From Gemmata obscuriglobus (GTDB lineage: Bacteria; Planctomycetota; Planctomycetia; Gemmatales; Gemmataceae), in assembly GCF_008065095.1 (NCBI RefSeq), contig NZ_CP042911.1:1620001-1652000 (forward strand): a stretch of 32,000 nt of DNA. The letters run 5' to 3'. The notes beneath the pieces are model-generated. The model saw only the letters and a program-made list of their open reading frames with translations, was not told the origin of the DNA and did not search any database. Each line of letters opens with the position of its first letter. The stretch's first letter is position 1. Both the position numbers and the translations under genes were made by a program. Positions 9,358 to 18,007 of the stretch are shown in pieces.

Positions 9358-10797
9358 ATGGGTTCTTCCCGCCGGCTCGTCCTCGTCGCCAACGACCCGC
9401 GGTTCGCCGCGATGGTACAGGGGCACCTGCAGCGCGCCATTCAACTGACCGTTCCGGTCGTCCGGTGCGAGGACGTGCCGAACCTGCTCACGCCCGAAAC
9501 CGACGGCGACCTGCTGCTGCTCGCGTCCGAGCCGTCCGACGCGGCCGCGATCGAAACGGTGGTGCGCGAGACCAAGGTCCAGCACCTGCCGGCCGTGCTC
9601 TCGTTGCTCGAGAGCGACGCGGCCCGCGCGAGCGGGAAGCTGGACTGCCTGAACGCGTACCTCAGCGACCGGTTCGCGTGGCCGCACCACTCGCGCGAGC
9701 TGACCGCGTGGGCGCACCGCGCGTTCGCTCCGGGCACCCCGTTCGCCGACCCCGCCGCCGAGGGCACCCCCGAGACCATCCGCCGGCGGCTCATCAACCA
9801 CACGCCCTCGCTGACCACAATGGTCGAGCAGTTGTGCATCGCCGCGGCGCACGACGTGACCGTGCTCATCGAGGGCGAAACCGGGACCGGCAAGACGTTC
9901 CTGGCGAAACTGGTTCACGACTGCTCCGCGCGGCGCGCCAACCGGTTCATGGTGGTCGCGTGCGGCGCGCTCTCGAGCAACCTCATCGCGGCGGAGTTCT
10001 TCGGCCACGCGCGGGGCGCGTTCACCAGCGCCGACGCCGCGAAGGTGGGCAAGTTCGCCGCGGCCGGCGAGGGGACGATCCTGCTCGACGAGATCGACAC
10101 CCTCGGGATGGAGCACCAGGCGAACCTGCTGCGGGTGATCGAGACCGGCGAGTTCGAGCCGGTGGGCAGCAACGAGACGCAGGTGTGCAGGGCCCGGATC
10201 GTCGCGGCGACCAACTGGAACCTCGCCGACGCGGTCGAGCGGCACTCGTTCCGCCGCGACCTGTACTACCGGCTGCACGTCATCAGCTTCCACCTGCCGC
10301 CGCTCCGCAACCGGCCGGAGGACATCGCCCCGCTGGTGCGCGGGATGGTGGCGCGGTTCGGCACGAAGTACAGCAAGCGCCTGTTCGGGGTGTGCCCGGA
10401 GGCGCTGCGGGTGCTGGAGGCGTTCCCGTGGCCCGGGAACATCCGCCAGCTCGAGAACGTGATCCAGCAGGCGGTGCTGACCAGCGCCGGCAACGAGCTG
10501 AAGCTGCACCACCTGTCGCCGCAGGTGCTCAACCGGGTGGAGGCGCCCGGCGGCGTGGCGGCGGTGCCGAGCGGGTTCGACGGCACGCTGAAGCAGACCC
10601 GCGAGGCGACCGAGCGGGCCAACATTCTGCGCGCCCTCGAGAAGGCGAACCAGAGCCGCACCCGGGCGGCCCAGATGCTCGGGGTGAGCCGGGTCACGCT
10701 GTACAAGAAGATGAAGGCGTACAAGCTGCTCAAGGAAAAGGACGGGCCGTTCGGGCTCCCGTTCGACGAACTCAACCCGCGGGCCGGCAGCGTGTGA
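9358..10797 (+). CDS. Sigma-54-dependent Fis-family transcriptional activator (bEBP; PrsR-like context)
   Basis: The N-terminal domain is receiver-like but degenerate (LVLVANDP...DLLLLAS). The AAA+ core has Walker A LIEGETGTGKTF, the sigma-54 contact loop as GAFTSA (a variant of GAFTGA), Walker B ILLDEIDTL and the motif FRRDLYYRL. The C-terminal Fis HTH is RTRAAQMLGVSRVTLYKKMKAY. Confidence 0.9.
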   Translation: MGSSRRLVLVANDPRFAAMVQGHLQRAIQLTVPVVRCEDVPNLLTPETDGDLLLLASEPSDAAAIETVVRETKVQHLPAVLSLLESDAARASGKLDCLNAYLSDRFAWPHHSRELTAWAHRAFAPGTPFADPAAEGTPETIRRRLINHTPSLTTMVEQLCIAAAHDVTVLIEGETGTGKTFLAKLVHDCSARRANRFMVVACGALSSNLIAAEFFGHARGAFTSADAAKVGKFAAAGEGTILLDEIDTLGMEHQANLLRVIETGEFEPVGSNETQVCRARIVAATNWNLADAVERHSFRRDLYYRLHVISFHLPPLRNRPEDIAPLVRGMVARFGTKYSKRLFGVCPEALRVLEAFPWPGNIRQLENVIQQAVLTSAGNELKLHHLSPQVLNRVEAPGGVAAVPSGFDGTLKQTREATERANILRALEKANQSRTRAAQMLGVSRVTLYKKMKAYKLLKEKDGPFGLPFDELNPRAGSV

Positions 10798-11108
10798 CAC
10801 CGACCGCGCGGCCCTCGCGGCCGCCAGCGGACCGGCGCCGTCCGCACCCGGCACCCGGTCGGTCGTTACGCCGAGCAATCGAATTCCCGGAGCTGCGGAC
10901 GGGACGTCCGCGGTCCCAGGGAACGGCCCGCCATCGACTGTACTCGTGCGACTGACACGCTCGCGCATTGCAGGTCGCGGCCCGCGTGGCTATCCTGATT
11001 CCAGTTCCATTGGTGTTCAGCTCGTCGCTCTGCGACAGGCTGATGTTGCGTCAGCCGGGCTTCTGCCTTCACACCCCGCGCGGGGAGCGCTGTTCCAGCA
11101 CCGCTTTC

Positions 11109-11191
11109 GGCCAGGGTCTGGCCAAAGTTGCGGCAGTCTGGAGCAACCCCGCGAGTCGTGGTTCAGCCACAACTTTGGCCAGACCCTGGCC
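11109..11191. repeat. Perfect 22-bp inverted repeat with a 39-nt spacer (long hairpin element)
   Basis: ggccagggtctggccaaagttg (11109-11130) pairs with caactttggccagaccctggcc (11170-11191). It lies in the intergenic region between the convergent sigma-54 activator and outer-membrane genes. Confidence 0.9.
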
Positions 11192-11248
11192 GGCGGTGCC
11201 GTGAGCGCTCCGCGCCACAGGTTGAGAAGTGAACGCCTTGGGAACGCA

Positions 11249-11287
11249 CCGGGCCGCGAGGTTTTCCTCGCGGCCCGGGTTCTTTTG
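11249..11287. terminator. GC-rich hairpin terminator candidate between convergent genes
   Basis: ccgggccgcgagg-tttt-cctcgcggcccgg forms a 13-bp perfect stem with a 4-nt loop. On the + strand it is followed by gttcttttg. It lies 36 nt beyond the stop of the minus-strand gene ending at 11314. Confidence 0.6.
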
Positions 11288-11313
11288 CGGGCACAGTCCG
11301 CCGTCGCGCGGAA

Positions 11314-13311
11314 TCAGAACGTGAAGATGATTTCCGCGAACCCGTTGAGCAGCGACTGCACCTTGCCGCCCTTGTCGTTGTAGAGCTGCCGGAACCCGCC
11401 GCCCGGGATCAGCGTGCTGATCCCGGCCAGGATGATCCCGTTGTTGTTCAGCCGCGGCCGGTACTCGAACCCGGTGCTCAGGTCCACGCCGATGAACCGG
11501 TCGATGTTCCCCTGGAACGTGAACACCTCCAGCGGGTTGGTCTTGTCGAAGAACAGCGCGTTGGCGTTGTTGATCGACCGCAGCCGCGGGGTCAGGTCGA
11601 AGTCCACGCCGGCGTTGATGAGCCAGAGCCCCGGGTTCACGAAGTTGCTCTGCCCCTGGATGCGGCTGGACCGCAGGTTCGCCAGGTTGCTCTGGTCGTT
11701 CGTCAGCCCCACCCCGAACAGCGGCACCCGGTTCCGCCGCCAGAAGCTGAACTCGCCCCCGAAGTTCTGCTGGTCCAGGATCGAGTCGAAGCCCGTGGCG
11801 TGCCCGTTGCGGGCGTCGCCGTCGCCCGACTGGTACAGGCCGCTCACGCGGAACCGCGCCCAGTCGCGGTCGTAGGACAGTTCCACCGCGGCCAGTTGGG
11901 CGCTGATGCTCGTCGGTTGCCCCGCGATCGGGTTGCGGCTGTCGCGCCCCAGCACCCAGTAGAAGGCGTGCGAGATGTTGTACCGGTCGATGTGGCCGTC
12001 GCCGGCCCAGCCCAGGTAGTGCGCCTCGACCCGGTGCGGGGTGAACGTGCCGGCCGGGTCCGGGCGCGCCAGGAACCCGTTCTTGTCGAACTTGAGCGAC
12101 GGCCCGTCGTTGTTGAAGTGGTAGCTCAGGCTCGCCGTGTACCCCGGGAAGATGAAGTCCTGCCGGTACAGGTTCGCGATCACCACGTCCTGGTTGCGGT
12201 CGCTGAACGTGTTCAGCCCGCTGTTGGTGTCCTTCTCCAACTGCCGGAAGTACGCCAGGTTGAACTGCGTGCGGTTCCCGTCCAGGTTCCCGAACAGCCG
12301 CACGCCGCGGTTCACGTCGCTGTAGACGAACCCGCGGAAGTCGCTGGTGAACGGCTGCGCCCCGGCCCGCACCGAGAGGAAGTCGTACTGCTCGCTCAGG
12401 TCCGCGAGCTTGTACTCGCCGAACCACTCCTGGAGCGTGGCCCACGACCGCAGCCGCACCGTCCCCTTGCGCACGTCGGGGCTGACGACGCCCAGCTCGG
12501 ACACCGACAGCGCGTTGTAGTTGAACGCCGGGGTCAGCTTGACGGCCCAGTCCTTCGGCTTGAACGCCGCGTCGCCGTGGAACAGCTCGAACGACGCGGT
12601 GGTCAGGTTCGAGAACAGGAACTGCCCCGGGCGCTGGAAGAACTCCTCCTGGAGCGGCCGCGCGGTGCTCTCGAACGGCGTGGTGGCCGTCGGGATCATG
12701 CGGCCCTCGAACAGGCTGCTGTTCGTGCCGGTGAACACGAAGAACGTGTGCTGCCCGAACACCGGGTAGTCGCCCTTGAGCACGTTCTGGCGGTACGGGT
12801 CGTACCAGCGCCCGAGCTGGTACGGGTAGTCGAAGACGCGCGGGTGGTTGAGCCCGTACCGGTCCCACTCCGGGAACCCGGTGCGCCACCGGTCCTCGAC
12901 GGTGTCGTACTCGTTGTTGCTGCCGGACCGCGGCAGCACCCCGCTCTGGCCGGCGAACCCGAGCGTGGGGAAGTACGCGTAGGCGGACGCCTGCACCGCG
13001 GCGTCCTGCGGCCCGCCCGGCTGCGCCGGCGCGGCCGGCTCCAGCAGCCGGTCGATGGGCTGGCGGGTGGTGTCCTTCGGGGCGGCCTTCGGCGGCTGGG
13101 GCGCCGCGGCGGCCGTCGGTTGAGCCGCAAGCGCGCCCGGTGGCGGCGGAAGGGACGGCCCGCCGGGCGGTGCCGGCAGGCGCGGGAGCGCCGGGGCGGC
13201 GTCGGCGGCCGGCGGTGCCGGGGCGCCGGTCGGTGCGTCCGCCCGCGCCTGGCCCGTGGCGCACAGGAGCGCACCCGCAACGCAGCGGCTCAGCTTCCAG
13301 ATCGGGCGCAT
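11314..13311 (-). CDS. Putative outer-membrane beta-barrel protein (possible polysaccharide-export porin)
   Basis: I chose ATG 13311 because it gives a signal peptide (MRPIWKLSRCVAGALLCATGQARA). A long Pro/Ala-rich linker follows. The remaining ~520 aa have alternating-hydrophobic, Gly/Asn/Tyr-rich, strand-like sequence and end in the OMP-type C-terminus IIFTF. I did not recognise the exact family. Confidence 0.55.
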   Translation of the reverse strand: MRPIWKLSRCVAGALLCATGQARADAPTGAPAPPAADAAPALPRLPAPPGGPSLPPPPGALAAQPTAAAAPQPPKAAPKDTTRQPIDRLLEPAAPAQPGGPQDAAVQASAYAYFPTLGFAGQSGVLPRSGSNNEYDTVEDRWRTGFPEWDRYGLNHPRVFDYPYQLGRWYDPYRQNVLKGDYPVFGQHTFFVFTGTNSSLFEGRMIPTATTPFESTARPLQEEFFQRPGQFLFSNLTTASFELFHGDAAFKPKDWAVKLTPAFNYNALSVSELGVVSPDVRKGTVRLRSWATLQEWFGEYKLADLSEQYDFLSVRAGAQPFTSDFRGFVYSDVNRGVRLFGNLDGNRTQFNLAYFRQLEKDTNSGLNTFSDRNQDVVIANLYRQDFIFPGYTASLSYHFNNDGPSLKFDKNGFLARPDPAGTFTPHRVEAHYLGWAGDGHIDRYNISHAFYWVLGRDSRNPIAGQPTSISAQLAAVELSYDRDWARFRVSGLYQSGDGDARNGHATGFDSILDQQNFGGEFSFWRRNRVPLFGVGLTNDQSNLANLRSSRIQGQSNFVNPGLWLINAGVDFDLTPRLRSINNANALFFDKTNPLEVFTFQGNIDRFIGVDLSTGFEYRPRLNNNGIILAGISTLIPGGGFRQLYNDKGGKVQSLLNGFAEIIFTF

Positions 13312-13513
13312 GTCCGTAACCCCCAACGTCGCGCTCACGCACGCACAACGGTACAGCGCGGTGCTTCATCCCTTGAATCGACCGGCCGCGGGCCGGTCAT
13401 GAGGATTCTTCTGATTCTGCATGGGGCGAGCACCAGCGAAAGTAATCCGTCAAGACCGGTTGTGCGGGCTGCCGATACAGACTGCGGGCGAAATACGACC
13501 ACCGGGCCGCGTC

Positions 13514-15877
13514 ATGCACACCGCAACCGACCGCGCCGCGCTGCGGCGAACCACTCTCTGGTGCGAGGCCCTTGAGGACCGGGCGCTGCTGGCCACCGCG
13601 GCGCTGGCCGGCGGGGTGCTCACCGTGACCGGGACGGACGGCGACGACCGCGTCCGCATCTTCGGCGCCGGCGGCGCCCTCCACGTGCTCGACGGCACCA
13701 CCGAGATCGGCGCCTTCGTCTCGACCGACGTGACCTCGATCACGGTCAACACCGGGGCCGGTAACGACGCGGTGGTGGTCGACCCGGACGTGACCCAGCC
13801 GGCCGTACTCAGCGCCGGCGACGGCACGAACAAGTTGAGCGCCGGCAACGGCAACACGACGCTGAACGCCGGCGGCACCCGGAACGCGCTGTTCGGCGGC
13901 GACGGGACCAACACGTTCAGCGGCACCGGCGCGGTCAACGCGCTGTTCAACGTGAAATCGACCGACACGGTGCTCCCGGGGGGCGGCACCTTCCTGCTGG
14001 CGGCGCTCCCGCGCGGCGCCGCGGCCCCGGCCGCGCCGGTCAGCCAGCTGACCACCGACGAGGTGAACGCGCTGCTCCAGCGGGCGGCGGCGGCGTCCGC
14101 CAGCTCGGACGCGATCATCGTGGTGACCGACCGGAACGGGCGGATCCTCGGCGTGCGCGTCGAGAGCGGGGTGGACCCGAACATCACCGCCAGCGCGGAC
14201 AACCTCGTGTTCGCGATCGACGGGGCGTACTCCAAGGCGCTGACCGCGGCGTACTTCGCCAACGACCAGGCCCCGCTCACCTCGCGCACGGTCGGGTTCA
14301 TCAGCCAGTCCACGATCACCGAGCGGGAGGTGAACTCGAACCCCAACGTCACCGACCCGAACTCGACGGTCCGCGGCCCCGGGTTCGTGGCGGCGGTCGG
14401 GAGCAAGGGGCACTTCCCGCCGGGCGTCGCGAACACCCCGCAGGTGGACCTGTTCGGGATCGAGCACACCAACCGCGACGGCACGTTCGCGGTCGGCGCC
14501 GACGGGATCAAGGGCACCGCCGACGACCTCCTGCGGGAACTCCGGTTCAACGCCGACCGCAACTCCGTGCTCGCCGGCCAGGAGCTGTTCGTTCCCGACT
14601 CCTACGGGTTCCAGTCGGGGCTGAAGCCCGGCGCGCAGTCGCGCGGGATCGCGACCCTGCCGGGCGGCGTGCCGATCTACAAGGACGGGCACGTGGTGGG
14701 CGGGATCGGCGTGTTCTTCCCGGGCAAGACCGGGTACGCCACCGAGGAGAACTCGTCGCTCAGCAGCACGTTCGACTCGCGCAAGCCGGACCGGACGCTG
14801 GAGGCCGAGTGGATCGCGTTCGCGGCGGTCGGCGGCACCACCGCGAGCGTGGACGGCACCGCGACGCTCCCGGTCGGCGCGCTGGGCGGGGTGACGCTGT
14901 CGAGCCGCTTCGGGCTGCCCACCGGGCGCATCGACCTCGTGGGCATCCAGCTCGACGTGTTCGGCCCGGGGGGCGCGTTCCAGGGCGCCCAGCAGCTCCA
15001 GCTCACGGCCGCAGTGGTCGGCCGCGGGGACCCGAACGACGGGCAGAACCAGCAGGTGGCCGCGAACGGGGCCACGCTCCGCGGCGGCCAGGCGGTGCCG
15101 GACGGGTGGCTCGTCCTGCCGCACGACGGGGACGGCATCCGCGCCGACGAGGTGGTCGCGATCGTGGCCAACGGGCTCCAGCAGGCGAGCCAGACCCGGG
15201 CCGCGATCCGGCTGCCGATCAGCTCGCCGGCGAAATTCGTGTACGCGGTGTCGGACCGCCAGGGCAACATCGTGGGTTTGTACCGGCAGCCGGACGCCAC
15301 GGTGTTCTCGATCGACGTGGCGGTGGCCAAGGCGCGCAACGTGTCGTACTACTCGAACCCGCTCCAGTTGCAGCCGATCGACCAGGTGCAGGGGCTCCCG
15401 CCGGGCGTGGCGATGACGGCCCGCACGTTCCGGTACCTGGCCGAGCCGCGGTTCCCCGAGGCCATCGACACCGCGCCCCCGGGTCCGTTCTCCCAGCTCA
15501 ACGACGACCCGGTGAACACCAACCGGTTCACCGGCCGGCTGGTGGGGCAGGCGCTGCCCGCGTCGGCCTACCAGAGCGTGCTCGGGCACGACGCGTTCAA
15601 CCCGGGCACCAACTTCCACAGCCCGTTCAACCTGCTGAACCAGAACGGCATCATCTTCTTCCCGGGCAGCTCGCCGCTGTACACGGCGGGGCTCCTGAAG
15701 GGCGGGTTCGGGGTCAGCGGCGACGGCGTGGACCAGGACGACGTGGTGACGGTGGCCGGGGAGAACGGGTTCAACGCCCCGGTGGGCGCGCGGGCCGACC
15801 AGTACCTGGTGAACGGGGTGCGGCTGCCGTACCAGAAGTTCAACCGGAACCCGGAGGGCGGGCTGTTCACCGATTGA
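13514..15877 (+). CDS. Secreted multidomain protein: N-terminal LEDRxLL motif, RTX-like 9-residue Gly repeats, two GlcG/HbpS-like (DUF336) domains
   Basis: ATG 13514 (MHTATDRAALRRTTLWCEALEDRALLA). Nonapeptide-period repeats follow: SAGDGTNKL/SAGNGNTTL/NAGGTRNAL/FGGDGTNTF/SGTGAVNAL. The DUF336-like signatures are AIIVVTDRNGRILGV...LPGGVPIYKDGHVVGGIGVFFPG and FVYAVSDRQGNIVGLY...GLLKGGFGVSGDGVDQDDVVTVAG. Confidence 0.7.
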   Translation: MHTATDRAALRRTTLWCEALEDRALLATAALAGGVLTVTGTDGDDRVRIFGAGGALHVLDGTTEIGAFVSTDVTSITVNTGAGNDAVVVDPDVTQPAVLSAGDGTNKLSAGNGNTTLNAGGTRNALFGGDGTNTFSGTGAVNALFNVKSTDTVLPGGGTFLLAALPRGAAAPAAPVSQLTTDEVNALLQRAAAASASSDAIIVVTDRNGRILGVRVESGVDPNITASADNLVFAIDGAYSKALTAAYFANDQAPLTSRTVGFISQSTITEREVNSNPNVTDPNSTVRGPGFVAAVGSKGHFPPGVANTPQVDLFGIEHTNRDGTFAVGADGIKGTADDLLRELRFNADRNSVLAGQELFVPDSYGFQSGLKPGAQSRGIATLPGGVPIYKDGHVVGGIGVFFPGKTGYATEENSSLSSTFDSRKPDRTLEAEWIAFAAVGGTTASVDGTATLPVGALGGVTLSSRFGLPTGRIDLVGIQLDVFGPGGAFQGAQQLQLTAAVVGRGDPNDGQNQQVAANGATLRGGQAVPDGWLVLPHDGDGIRADEVVAIVANGLQQASQTRAAIRLPISSPAKFVYAVSDRQGNIVGLYRQPDATVFSIDVAVAKARNVSYYSNPLQLQPIDQVQGLPPGVAMTARTFRYLAEPRFPEAIDTAPPGPFSQLNDDPVNTNRFTGRLVGQALPASAYQSVLGHDAFNPGTNFHSPFNLLNQNGIIFFPGSSPLYTAGLLKGGFGVSGDGVDQDDVVTVAGENGFNAPVGARADQYLVNGVRLPYQKFNRNPEGGLFTD

Positions 15878-16019
15878 CCGGTTCGCGGCCCGGTGGGCCG
15901 GGCGGGATCGGAAATTCGCACGCAACCCGGAAGGCGGGGCGAGCCGATAAATGGGGGGCTGTGCCCGGCCCGGCGCGTTCGACCGCGCCGCGCGGGCTCG
16001 TGCGTACCCCCGGTGTCCC

Positions 16020-16589
16020 ATGCGCCAGCTCTCCGCCCTCGCGGGCGTGATCGTTTTAGCCGCTACCGTTTCCGCTCGCGCCGACGACCGGCCGCTGCTC
16101 CAGCGGATCGCGGAGCGGACCCCGAAGCCGCACACGCCCGTGGAGCACTCCGCGGCCCGCGCCGGTTACCCGCTGAGCGTGAAGGCGCACGCGGTCCCGA
16201 GCGTGACCCGGTTCGACCACGGCGGGTACGTCGGGGGCGGCTCGCTGAAGGGCAACAGCCTACTCGCCCGCGGCCCGGGCTCGGCGCTGGGGGCGCCGTG
16301 CGTCGGCACCTACGGCACCGACTTCGGCGGGTTCCGGGCGCACCTCGGGCGCGTGTTCCTGGCCCCGTCGGTCGACCCCTCCACCGGCAAGCCGATTCAG
16401 AAGCTGTACAACGCGGACGGCCCGCGGGTCGTGGACGTGCTGGCCTTGCGCCCGCTGCGCAAAGCGGTGCTGGAGCGGCGCGAGGACATGGAGCACGCCA
16501 AGGAAGGGCACGGCGGCGGTCACGGGGCCGACGCCGGTCACGGCGGGGAAGCGAAGAGCGGCGGCGAGGCTAAGGGCGGCGGGCACTAA
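16020..16589 (+). CDS. Secreted hypothetical protein with a Gly/His-rich C-terminal tail
   Basis: ATG 16020 gives a signal peptide (MRQLSALAGVIVLAATVSARA). Codon bias is gene-like. The tail is HAKEGHGGGHGADAGHGGEAKSGGEAKGGGH. Confidence 0.55.
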   Translation: MRQLSALAGVIVLAATVSARADDRPLLQRIAERTPKPHTPVEHSAARAGYPLSVKAHAVPSVTRFDHGGYVGGGSLKGNSLLARGPGSALGAPCVGTYGTDFGGFRAHLGRVFLAPSVDPSTGKPIQKLYNADGPRVVDVLALRPLRKAVLERREDMEHAKEGHGGGHGADAGHGGEAKSGGEAKGGGH

Positions 16590-16699
16590 CCGCTCAGCCG
16601 CTGCTCGGCGCCGTTCTTGTGGTTCATTTCCTCAGACGTAACTCGCCCCACGCCGCCGGGGCCGTCTCGGTGAGGTCTTCCGTTGTTGCTAGGCCGTGC

Positions 16700-17935
16700 T
16701 CACGCGGCACCCGTCTTGCCGAGTTCGGCCACCAGCGACCGCAAGAACGGTTCGGCGTCGCTGACGATGCCCACCGTCTGCGTGCTGCCGCGGTCCATCA
16801 GCTTGGTGACCGTCGCGGGGCTGATGTCCACACACGCCACCTTCACCCACGCGGGCAACAAGTTCCCGACCGCGATTGAGTGCAGCGTCGTCGCCACCAT
16901 TAAGCAGAACCCGACGCCCGGGATGAGCTTGCGCATCGCGTCCTGGGCCGCCAGCGCGTCGGTGACCACCTCCGGGAGCGGGCCGTCGTCGCGGATGCTG
17001 CCGGCCAGCACGAACGGCACGTTCCGGGTCACGCACTCGAACATGATCCCGCTCGCCAGCTTTCCGGCTTTAACGGCTTCGCGAATCCCGCCGAGCCGCC
17101 GGATCGAGTTGATGGTGCGCAGGTGGTGCTCGTGGCCCTCGTCGGTCGGCAGCCCGTGCGTCAGCGACACCCCGAGGCTGGTGCCGTAGAGCGCCTGCTC
17201 CATGTCGTGGGTGGCCAGCGCGTTCCCGGCGAACAGCACGTTGATGAGCCCGTCGCGGACGAGCTGCGCGACCAGTTCGGAGCCGCCGGTGTGAACGACC
17301 GCCGGCCCGAGCACCGCCAGCACCTTGTCGCCGGCCGCGCGGGTTTTGCGCATCGCGTGGGCGATCTCGCGGACGCTCACCGCCTTCGGGCGCTCGCTCG
17401 AAACCGGGCTCGCCATGAACTCGAACAGCTCGTGCTTGCGCATCTCCGCTTCCGGGGGCAGCACCCGCGTCCCCGTCCGCCCGACGAGCACCCGGTCACC
17501 CTTTTTCACGCCGGTCATCGGCACGCAGCGCGCGGCTGCGCCTTCGGAATCGACGACGATGCCGCAATCCATCTCCTGGTCCTCGACGTCGATCCACTCG
17601 CCGTTGAGCCGGACCTGGGTGCGGAAGTTGGTGGAGCAGTAGAACCCGTCCGGGAACGCGCCGTCCATGTCCGCCGGCGCGGTGCGGCCGTCGCCGGTCT
17701 GCGCGGGGACCGCGCCGTGCGGGTGGACCTCGGCGAGGATCGCTTCGAGCTGCTCGGCGGTGTCGGCCCGCACCTCGATGCGGACGAAGCTGGCGTCGTC
17801 CTGGCGCTGCCCCAGCCGCAGGGTCTCGATGTTGTAGCGCCCGCCCCGGGAGAGGATCGCGTCGAGCACCTTCGGCAGGAGCAGCGAGTCGACGATGTGG
17901 CCGGTCATTTCGAGGTGTTCGACGTGGGTGGCCAT
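16700..17935 (-). CDS. LOR/SDH-domain TIGR00300-family protein (ornithine cyclodeaminase-like)
   Basis: ATG 17935 inside ORF 16700..18346. The N-terminus is MATHVEHLEMTGHIVDSLLLPKVLDAILSRGGRYNIETLRLGQ, the ACT-like LOR/SDH N-domain pattern. The C-terminal Rossmann-like part includes VLAVLGPAVVHTGG...NVLFAGNALATHD. Confidence 0.65.
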   Translation of the reverse strand: MATHVEHLEMTGHIVDSLLLPKVLDAILSRGGRYNIETLRLGQRQDDASFVRIEVRADTAEQLEAILAEVHPHGAVPAQTGDGRTAPADMDGAFPDGFYCSTNFRTQVRLNGEWIDVEDQEMDCGIVVDSEGAAARCVPMTGVKKGDRVLVGRTGTRVLPPEAEMRKHELFEFMASPVSSERPKAVSVREIAHAMRKTRAAGDKVLAVLGPAVVHTGGSELVAQLVRDGLINVLFAGNALATHDMEQALYGTSLGVSLTHGLPTDEGHEHHLRTINSIRRLGGIREAVKAGKLASGIMFECVTRNVPFVLAGSIRDDGPLPEVVTDALAAQDAMRKLIPGVGFCLMVATTLHSIAVGNLLPAWVKVACVDISPATVTKLMDRGSTQTVGIVSDAEPFLRSLVAELGKTGAA

Positions 17936-18007
17936 TCGGTGAACCTCCGTGAGGGGTTTGCTCTCTCCTTTTTCATACCGGACGCGGAACGCGGGTACGA
18001 GGCGGGT

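Noticed and set aside
15915-15935. A GG-N10-GC spacing (cggaaattcgcacgcaa) upstream of the 16020 gene was considered as a sigma-54 promoter.
   Set aside because: Only the invariant GG/GC dinucleotides match. The flanking consensus bases (TGGCAC / TTGC) do not.
153-16135. These are very long alternative-frame or antisense ORFs. Examples: 153..1487(-), 338..2479(+), 3326..5119(-), 7124..8407(+), 9216..10955(+), 9346..10968(-), 11069..13369(-), 11800..13575(+), 13397..16135(-), 14809..16050(+).
   Set aside because: Their translations are dominated by Arg/Pro/Gly/Ala/His low-complexity sequence with no motifs. Each overlaps a gene in another frame that has clear family signatures. This is the typical stop-codon depletion artefact of high-GC DNA.
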